NCBI GenBank assembly: GCA_008632985.1
Contig: QPGO01000168.1
Coordinates: 1-64,000, forward strand
DNA: 64,000 bases
Direction: 5' to 3'
Origin: Psammoneis japonica
Lineage: Eukaryota
Shown here: in pieces, positions 11,181 to 20,836 of the stretch
How the letters are laid out: each line of letters begins with the position of its first letter
Numbering within the stretch: position 1 is the stretch's first letter
Notes under the pieces: model-generated
Database searches by the model: none
What the model saw: the letters and a program-made list of their open reading frames with translations, nothing else
What the model was told of the DNA's origin: nothing
Translations under genes and position numbers: made by a program

Positions 11181-12943
11181 TCTGCTCTGCAGTCTTTTGT
11201 GAGCACTCTCAAGCAGCCAACACAGACAGTCAGGATGTGATGGTGCATGTCTGCTGAGACAAGGTTTCTCCCGCTGACAGCGCCAGCATCATTTGGTTGC
11301 TCAAACCCTGTCTCAGCACACATTGCTGCATTCTGACTTAGAGAACTGGACCTTGCCACACCTGCTGCCTTGTCTGGCCACACAGCATTCCATGCAGTTT
11401 CTCTGATTTGCCTTCACCAAACTCCTGGGTGCACAAAAAGCACCTTTGGATCATTTCTTTGTCCTTTGTCTGTGTTGGCTGCTTCAGCCATGATTTCATT
11501 TTGCAGGTGGCATTGTTTGCCTTGAGGCATTTCAAATGTGCCAAGGCCTGTCTGGGATTTTGGTGTGTCAGAGCAAGCAAAAGCGTCCTTGTCAAAAAAT
11601 GTCAAAAGCCTTTTGTGCCCTCCTCCAAGCCAGCTCAGGTGCTGTCTCTGTCCTTCAATCTGCTGTGGCAATCATGCACTGCAAATTAAAAATGTTGTGC
11701 ATGAAAACAGATCCATGCATTTTCTCCCCACACTGCATTGAACATGTCATGAGGAAGAAATCGTCTGTGCCAAATGCATTGTGAACATGTTTTCCTCCTC
11801 TCTGTGGGCAACGGCCCTGCCCCAAAAGCTGTGCCTGCTGCTCACATCTGCACCCAATGCAAATTTTTTGAGCCCACATCAAAACAAGTGTGGACACTCC
11901 ATTCAGCCAGATTCAATGTGAACTGCCAACAGGGTGGGCTTGCTCTCCAGCTTGAACAGCGACAATTGCAACAATGCCTTTGTGGGTTTTTGAAGATCAG
12001 CAAAGCAATGCGTTGCTGTGATGCAGCATTGTGCAATGTGCTTGGTTGTTTTGAAGTTCATCATGCCAACGGCCATTGCTGCCAGAGGGCATTGAAGCAA
12101 TTGCATGTGTCATCCAAATCTGCATCTTTGCAACTTGATTTTTTCCAACAAGCAGTGCCAAAGCTGTCTCTCATTTCCACACTTCTCCAAAAAAATTTGC
12201 TCTCCATTTGTTGCTGCTTGCAGCACATCTAAAGTGCAGTTTGTTTTGCAAATGAGCTGGCGCTGCAGTGCTTGGTCACAACTGGAGTCATGGCTGCTCT
12301 CAGCGTCATTGCACAGAAATTGTGCAGAAGAAGATTGCCAAAAAAATCATTGTTGGTCTGTCCATCCATCTGTGCTTGAATGGCAACTTCTCAGGAAATC
12401 AACTGAAATGTCATCTGATCAAAAAGGTGTTGCTCTTTGCCACGCAAATCAAGGTGCCTTTGATTGGATGACATTTCAGCCAAGTTTCTGCAAAGTTGTC
12501 AGCTCCAACCACTCTCTTGCATGACACAGTGTGCATTTTCACATGATTTTGCATTTTTCCTCATGCAAAAAAATTGTTGTGATTGATGCGGCATTTTCGA
12601 GTGACTCCTGTTGCACCCACGGAGCCCGCTCTTGTCTGTGGTGACCAGCAGAGCAAATTTCCAGAGATGACACCCCCTTTTCAGCACTCTTTCCAACAGG
12701 AATCATTCGAAAATGTCGCGTGGGTCACAATTGACATTTTGCATGAGGAAAAACACAAAATCGTGCAGAAATGCGCACAATGTCATGCAAGAGAGTGATT
12801 GGAGCCAATGACTTTTCGGGAACTGAACTGAAATGCTGTCTGATTGACGGTGTTGGCCTTCACCATGTGAGTCAAAATGCCATCAATCAGATGGCATTTC
12901 AATTGATTTCCTGAGAAGTTGATGTTCGCACACGGATGGATGG

Positions 12944-13219
12944 TGACAGAAATCGAAGGCAAGTGGCAAGAATTCAAACAATGACTCCTTGCTGCTGTCT
13001 AAACAGCAGATGAGTCTCCGCTCAGAGACCGTCACAGGAGCTGAAAGACGTGCAAGTTGGCACAATCGGGCTGCTGTTGTCATTCTTGTGAGCCTTGTGG
13101 CTCGAAAGCAAACTGCATCGTGCACGAACGCATGGAACTGAAGCACACAAAACTGTGCACGGCAAACTAAACAGCGCGCGACATGTCGCACGCACCTGAA
13201 TCCTGTTCAAATCCTGCCA
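12944..13219 (-). repeat. 3' LTR of the copia element
   Basis: Aligns without gaps to 19730-20005 (~22 substitutions by hand count); preceded on the minus strand by purine tract GGGGAG (13220-13225). Confidence 0.95.
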
Positions 13220-16200
13220 CTCCCCAGTTTGCTTGAGGAGTCACAGAAACAGATTCGACTTCGGATGGAATGAAGTTCCAGAACATGAGGGGGCGGAGAA
13301 GGTCCCAGACTTGGGAGCAACCCCAATGCTTGCTGAGAATGTCAGCAGGGTTGCGGGAGCCTTCGATGAAGTGGAGCTCAAGGCAGCCAAAGGCAATTGC
13401 CTCGTGCACACGGTGGAACGACAGTGCGGTGTGTCGCTTGTGCAACTTGGAGTGCGGGATGGTGGCACTGTCTACAACCAACTTGTTGTCACTGAACATG
13501 CAACTGATGTCACGGATCGGGACGCCAAGGCAGCGCAGGGTGATGCGCAGGTCGACAATTTGCTCGACACAAGTCCTTGCGGCAACAAATTCAGACCCGC
13601 AGGTCACAGTCTCCATGGTGGCTTGCTTCTTAGAGAACCAATCAGCCGGGAATTTGTTGAGGAAGTGGAGCATTCCCATGACAGAGCGTCCGGTGAGCAT
13701 GCAATGGTGCAAGTTTGCATCGACGCAGTGGGTGGCAGTGACGAACTTGCCAAGGGGCGGTGGAGCATCCTTTGGGATCATCTCTTCTGCTTCGCCACAC
13801 ACGGAATGCATCCATTCATGGGCTGGAGCAGGGAGATCCAAACAGTCGGGCTCTTCTGTGCGAACGCGGAGAGTGCCATGTCGCATCTTGGAGAGGCACC
13901 CACAGACACGTTTGGCACGATCCAAGTGGCCTTGACGGGGCACAGCTCGGAAGCTAGAGAGTGACATGACGGCCGTGGCAATGTCAATTCGACCAAGGGA
14001 CACTGCCCATTGGAGTGAACCAACAAGAGACTGGAACTGGTGAATGCCATCGGGCCCCAGCAGTTCGGAAGTGTCCAGTTCGGGGTGGTCACCCTTCTCC
14101 AGAGGTGACAAGGCATTGGTGGCAGGTTTCTCCCCAAACAGTCGTGTGCAGCTGTCGACCATGTGCTCGATGTACTTGCGCGGAGACAGGCACAAGGTGC
14201 CGTCAGGATCCCGGGAAAAGTCACAGCCCAGATGGAACTCAATCGGTCCTGCACCCTTGAGCTTGAACTTGCACTTTTCCGTGAGAGCATCGACGAAAGA
14301 TTGAGGGTCCTTCATGGCAATGGCGAGGTCATCCACACAAACGGCAATGCATTCGCAGTGGTCGCCGTTCCCGCGCATCCAAATGTCGGGTTCGGCGCTG
14401 CAGGGGAAGAAACCTTCAGCTCGCAGGCAGTCGGCAAAGCACTCGTGCCAGCGGAGGCCGGAGCTGCGCAGTCCACACAGGGCCTTGTGGATGACAAGGA
14501 TGTGGCCTTCGAGTTTGCCAAATTCGGGTCCGGCTGCAATGTAGAGCTTCTCCTTGGTGGTGGCTTCAAGGCAGGCATTGCCAATGTCGGTGGCCCATGT
14601 CTCCAACTCGTTGAGTTCGGCCAGGAAAATCATCAGCCGAAGGCCACGGAGGGAGACTGCTCCGGAGCAGACACTGTCGATGGGTACGTCCGTGAGGTGC
14701 CCATCGGCTGTGAGTCGTGCCTTGTGGCAACCGTCGTGTTTCACGTCGTGCACCAGGTGCACTCGGATCTTCTTGTGTCCCGCAGGAGGAGTGGAAGACT
14801 CGGAGGGCCCGCAGTCATGGAAGACTTTGTATTCCTTGAGTTGGTCCATCTCGAGATTAGTTGCGTCTCCCCATTTGTGGTTGCCGTTGCGTTCGTCTAG
14901 TGACATGGCGTGTTTGCAGTTCCGGGGAACTTTGCATCCGCACTTGCAGCGAGGTGCAGTGCGGAAGGAGTGAAGCTTGGCTTGGTTGGCCATGCGGAAT
15001 GGCTTCTTCTGGCGCCTTGCGATGGTGCGGAACCGCTTCCAGCCATCAGTGTCGAGAAGTCTGTTCTCTCGTGCATAGATGGCGCAGGTGACAGGGTTGT
15101 CCATGGCGATGATGGCAAGAGGCTCGGACGTGATCTTCCCACTTTCCCATTCAAGCATGATGTTGTAGCTTGAGCCTTTCCAGGTTGGGTCATGAGGCTT
15201 CAGAGGTCCTTCGTGTGACACAATGCGTCGAAATTTCCAAACAGCAGTGTCTTCATCTTCTTGCTCAATGTGATTCATGATGTCGTTGCAGGCCAGGACT
15301 TCCTCGCATTCGTCGTTGTTGACAGAGCAGACGAACTCAGTGAGCTCGGGATTGCCGTTCACTTTCCATTCGTGGTCTTCGACGGCCTTGACGATGCGAG
15401 CTCTGTGGCGTTGTCCATCCTCTTGTGGCTGCATGAGGAAGGTGCGTCCGATGATGTCTTGCGGATCAAAAACTGGCATCTTGGGTGTCCTGATCTCCCC
15501 ATCAGGTGAATCAATGGGGTTGTCATCATGGCGAGATTTGATGATGGGTTCAGGTGGCTCCCCATCAGGAGGATCAAGATGCAGGTTTCAAACGGCAGGA
15601 TCAGTGGCAGCGGATCGTACGTTGGACCAGCAGAGGATCTTCTGAGTCTCATCAGAGAGAATCTTGAAGGTCATCTGGTGGCCGACGTGCTCAGCAATGC
15701 CAACAAAGCGTCCACACAACTCACGGGATTCGGACGGCCAATCGGAGTCATCGAGGTGGAAGTGCACGGGTTCCCACCAGTGAAAGCGAAGCAATGGGCT
15801 GATGTCCGGGGTGGAGCCAGTGAGAGTCTCGAGGGGCGTGCGCCAGTGGAGACGTGGGGACGCTGTGTGGTTGAGCATGAAGCACACGTGCATGAGCGCC
15901 AGCAGCCATGTGTGGGCAGGCAAACCGAAACAATCCATGACAGTGTTCGCCATGCGCTTCACGGTCTGGCATCAACGTTTGGCAAAGTTTTGGTGTTGCT
16001 GGTGAGGCTCACTTTGCCAGCTGGAGACAAAGAGGGCTCGCAGGATCCCGAGCACCTTGTTGCTGATCTCAACTTGAGCACGGTCGCCGATGAGTTTGGA
16101 TGGAGCACCACGCTCATGGATCTGATCCTCGAGTGTGTTGACAAACTCTTTGTCCGTTTTGGTGCCGTAGACGTCAGTGATGGTAGACTCGGTGCCAACA

Positions 16201-18799
16201 AACAGCTGGGCGCTGGTGCAACCAGAGTCGACGGCTGGGGTGTCAGCACAAACGGTGTCAGTGGCGACAGGCTCGTTGCGGCGGTGCACATTAAGGGTGG
16301 GGTTGGGCGATTTGTGGGCCTTCCCAAGGTGTGCACCGGTGGGCATGCGGGCGCACTGCGTGGTGCAGTCGAAAGTGCGACGAACCGCATCGGCAGGTTG
16401 GAAGCCAAAGTGAGGCCGAAGAGACTCGAAGGGGGGGTCCTTGGGCTGCACAGTGTGCTCCGGGGGCGGAACGTTGTCGTCCTTGGGGTCAATCGCGTGT
16501 GGATGACACTCGTAGAACACGTCGTCGTTCGGAATGAGATGGTCATCGAGGGCGGACACGTGATCGGCAGACAAGGAGGCAGACATGATGGTCTTGTTGA
16601 CAACGACACGATGACGGCAGTTGCCGCATTCGTCAAACAGGTTGGCAGTGGGATCGTCCTGCAGGTCAGAGATCACGTCACACCACTGGTCGTCGTCAGT
16701 GACAGAGTGATCGAGGACGGAAGGATCCCACCATTCGGCGTCAGTGCAAGGTCGCATGGCAACATGAGGCAGGCCGCCCTTGATGTCAATTGGGATGACA
16801 CAGCCATCAGGGGTGGCAATGCATTGCAAGCCGTTGGGCACCTTGACAGAGCGATCATTGACATCCTGTTTGTGCCATTCGAGCTGGCCGCAGGAATGAA
16901 TGGTCTTGCCCTTTCCCATGCATGCATGCTGATGGAGGATGGCGATGACGGGACCACGCTGTGTCTCAATGACGGCACCAGCAGTGACAACAGGTGTGTC
17001 CACCAATTGATGTCGTCAATGCCCTGAACGTCGACTTGGCGAGAGGTGTGTGCAATGACGCGAACATCATCGCCAGCAATGCCGCTGTTGGCCCCACGAT
17101 CAACTGGAGCACCAGTGCATGTGGAGCGATGAGCGGAGGCAGAGCAAATGACATTGTGGTCATTGATGCGGCGGCAAGTGTGGCCGTTAAGTTCTGTGTC
17201 ATCGGTGGGAGCGGGTGAGGTAGAGGGAGTGGCGGATGGCCCCGGTCGACCAGCGTTGGGGGCTTGGTTAGGAGACAACAGGCGTTGCAGATCACCGGGT
17301 GGCAGTGGCTTGCACTTGGTGAGGTGCGCCAGGATGGGATTGTCTGAAGTGGCATCCACATTTGGAGCGGGGTCACCAGAGTCAGCAGGAGTCATGTTGG
17401 ACAAGTTGACATCACCGTCACTCCCAAGGTGTTGGTCATGAAGGTTGGCCGTAATGGACTCATGGCAGTTGCTGGCTCGCGGGTTACGGGGAGGCGGATG
17501 AGAATGCTCAAGGATGATCGCCTTGGAGGAATGGGGCAACGAATCCCAAATCCGTTGGTGGTCGGGAGGGAGACATTTCCATTGGTCACCGGCAAGGCTG
17601 GGACCGCGGGTGCAGGCAGCATCAGCCTGAAGGACGTCAATGTTGATGTCACAGAACACATCATCGGACGGTTCCTCGGAGCAGACGTTGTGTGCGCATG
17701 TGGCGCGTCGGGGAGCTCGAGGTGTCGTCTTGGGTTGAAATGTGCTGTCGCACTGAGCCGCCGCGGAGAGGAGCAAGCCACAACATTGATCGCATGTGAG
17801 GCTCTTGCCACTCTGCGTGCGATGCTGATCAGCTTGGTTCTTGACAGCACGGAGTTCCTCGACAGGATGTGCAGCATTCTCGAGCATGATGCGCTTCTGT
17901 CCTTCAGAGAAGTGGTCACTGGCCGGGATGAGTGCCTCACACTTGCGCAACTGATCTTGCCAATGAAGGATGAACCCGTGGGTCGGACCTTTCCAAGCAC
18001 CATCACCAAGACGTGCGGTGGTGAGGCACGTGAGCAAGGTGGAGGACTCGATGGATGCACGGGTGGAGGCAAGCGCACACTTGGACAAGGCGTGGCAGAC
18101 GGTCTGGGCATCAGAAGACCCCACATTTTCGCGAATGAGAGCCTTGCCCTTGTCGGTGAGAAGGATGCATTCGAAGATGGTGAACATGCACTTTTGCTGT
18201 TCAGCAAAGAGCAGTTTGTCTTCGGGGCTGGTCAGTTTGTACGACGAGTCTAGAATGCACTCGATGTCTTGGGCACGGGCTTGTGCCACAAGTGAGGTGT
18301 GCCAAGTGTGCCACTGCTTGTCAGATTTGAGAGCCGTGAAAGCGGTGGGGTCATGCTTGATGCCTCACTTGAATTCTCGCACCGGGTCGCGTGCCTTGGT
18401 CGGGTTGGTGACATGCGGAGGTGCGAGGGGCGAGCTGCCGATGGACACAGAAGACATGCAGTCGGGGCTGAGGCGGTGGGCAAGGAACTCCTCATGCGCG
18501 AACAACGAGGAGTCATTGGCAACGTCAAGACCTTCATGAGCTTTGACAATGTACAGACTGGTTGGAGCTGCCAACATGTTCTCATGGCCGCGGGGCAAAG
18601 GGATCACATCAGTGCCACCACCGCACTCAAGTGAGTCGATTTGGGACGGTGTGAACGTGAACAGCTCTTGATGCAAGTCCGCACCGTCGTGGGTCAAAGC
18701 CAAACGAAGAGGGCTCCCAGCACCTTGGGCAAGCACGGTTCCAACAACGTGCTCGAAACCATCGGTTTGTTGCTGAAGAGTGAGAACCATGGCAGACAA
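13220..18799 (-). pseudogene. Copia gag-pol pseudogene with stops, frameshifts and systematic Tyr->Cys/His changes
   Basis: Gag FK*GIKHDP...AQARAQD; protease VDRGANSGIAG; integrase VATDTVCADTPAVD...SEPHQQHQN; RT HKARL, DIGNACLEA, KALCGLRSSG, CVDDL; RNaseH CVDANLHHCMLTGRS, ETVTCGSEFVAAR, NPADILSKHW. Confidence 0.93.
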
Positions 18800-19729
18800 A
18801 AGTGGTGTCAGGACAAGCGATTCTTGTTGGGACGCGAAGGTGGACTTGAAACTTGGGTGAGAATAGACTTGACTTGAAGTGGACTTGACTTGAAATCTTG
18901 AACTACCTTAAAATCAGAAGTCGCCGGTCTGTGCTGTCCCGTTCGTTGTCAAGTGCTAAATTTCCTGTCCGGTCCGCAGAGTTGTGCCGGCACGTCCAAA
19001 CTCGCAGCTGGCGGCACTTTGGGTTGCTTGCAAGCGGAGCAGCGGGTTGCAAACCCCTGCAGGTGAGCTGACCAGAGGTGGACAAGACCCCCGAACCGTT
19101 CTTGTTTTGTGTCGGTTGGATTTCCCGATCAGGCTGGCCAGTTGACGCAGGCGTCAGGCACTGTGGACGAATGAACAAACGCGGGAAAAACACCCTTGCC
19201 CCAACGCAGGCTGCAATCACGGCCACTTGCTCTCACAGTCGTCCTCGTGGACCTGGTGGAACTGTGGAGCACCAGCAGTCTGGGGCAGATCAGGTGCAAT
19301 GGACTCGGTGTGCTTGCAGAGTGGCAGCAAAGCCGCAGTCCAAAGAGTGGTTGCAAGTTCTTGGCCGTGAAGATGTGTGCACACTCATGTCTTCAGCGAC
19401 AAAGATCCTTGAATGTGTGGGGTTCTTGACCGTTAACCGTTGAATGGGCACATCAAGGGATGAGGATCAAGGATGGACTTGGACATGACCGTTGAATGCA
19501 TGTCTTCAGTGACAAAAGGCAGTGTGATCAATCCAGACACACAGCAGTGAGGAGACTTGACGGTGACGTTAAATTCCTGCCGATGCCTGGCATTGAATGC
19601 GCGCAGACTTGCCGATGTACATGCAGAATGCACACGGAGGTCCGCGCAGAATTGAAACAGCGTCGTCGGTAAATCAACGACGATGATGGCGGTTGCTCAA
19701 TGGGTTGACAATGAGCAAGACTGTCAATC

Positions 19730-20005
19730 TGACAGAAATTGAAGGCAAATGGCAAGAAGTCAAACAATGACTCCTTGCTGCTGTCTAAACAGCAGATGAG
19801 TCTCCGCTCAGAGACCGTCACAGGAGCCGAAAGACGTGCAAGTCGGCACAATCGGGCAACTGTTGTTGTTCTTGTGAGCCTTGTGGCTCGAAAGCAAACT
19901 GCATCGCACGCGAACGCGCGGAACTAAAGCACACAAAACTGTGCGCGGTAAACTAAATTGCGCGCGACATGTCGCGCGCACCTAAATCCTGTTCAAATCC
20001 TGTCA
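19730..20005 (-). repeat. 5' LTR of the copia element
   Basis: TGACAG...CTGTCA terminal inverted repeats; contains a 22-bp perfect palindrome at 19959-19980. Confidence 0.95.
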
Positions 20006-20836
20006 GATGGACAGACTGATGACAATTGTTTTCAGTGCTCTCCTGCACAATTTCTGCGTGGTGACTCTCAGGACCCGAATGATTCCTGTTGTTTTTGTCA
20101 AATCATTTGACCAAGGGGCTGATGGTGTCACATGCCTCTGCTGGTGAGGTCTTGGGTGCATCCACACTCTGTTGGCCGCAACGGCAACATGCCAGCGTGT
20201 GGGTGAGTTTGTGAGGTGCAAAGAACATGGCTCCTCAAATCAAAATTTTGAGAAGAAATCACTGAACAGTGTCCATCTGCAGCTGGGGACAAGAGAGAAT
20301 GCCACACCCTGATTCCTCCTCAATTGTCAACATTGACCACATCAGAACAGCACACTCACCATGGTCGACGGCTCTTTTTTTTTTTTCACACAGAAAGATC
20401 AGAAAACGCGGATGACGGACGAGCAAAACGCAAAAATATGTAGTCGAGTTATTCTAGCTTGGTGCACAACCCAACAACACGAGATTGTCAAATGCTTCGG
20501 ATTAAAGATGATATATCATTATTCAGAAATATATAGATGATAAATTTTTGTACTACAGTAACAAGATTCAAATTCGTAAGTGTATTTTAATACATATTAC
20601 GGATTAAATGCTTTTTATTCGATGTACAACATACTTAAAATCTGATATAAATCGTTTTTATCTATAATCTAATATTACAGACCATTTAAACATATAAAAT
20701 AAATACTTGTTAAAGATGAATAATGTTATTGGATCTAGCACTTTTTTCAAATTTCAAAAACGCAGATGCACCACAAGACTCCTCCCCCAAACCACACACA
20801 ACGCGAAAAACACCACAGCGATCAACAGGTGTGACG

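Larger units (their letters stand above)
12944..20005 (-). mobile_element. Full-length Ty1/copia LTR retrotransposon (CoDi-like), inactivated
   Basis: Two 276-bp LTRs with TG...CA ends; 5-bp TSD GATGG (12939-12943, 20006-20010); gag-PR-IN-RT-RNaseH order on the minus strand; PPT next to the 3' LTR. Confidence 0.95.
12295..20075. repeat. Old foldback element (left arm ~12295-12615; right arm ~12693-12943 plus 20011-20075) split by the copia insertion
   Basis: 12361-12615 is the reverse complement of 12693-12943. Sequence after the copia (acagactgatgac...ctgcacaatttctgcgtg) continues the match to 12300-12365. Confidence 0.75.

Noticed and set aside
15528..17027. 499-aa plus-strand ORF and other long antisense ORFs over the copia
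   Set aside because: Shadows of the minus-strand pol, lengthened by the loss of TAA/TAG stops.
13220..18799. Alternative genetic code (TGY/CAY read as Tyr)
   Set aside because: Neighbouring host genes use TAY for Tyr normally, and the TA loss also affects non-coding DNA and all codon positions.
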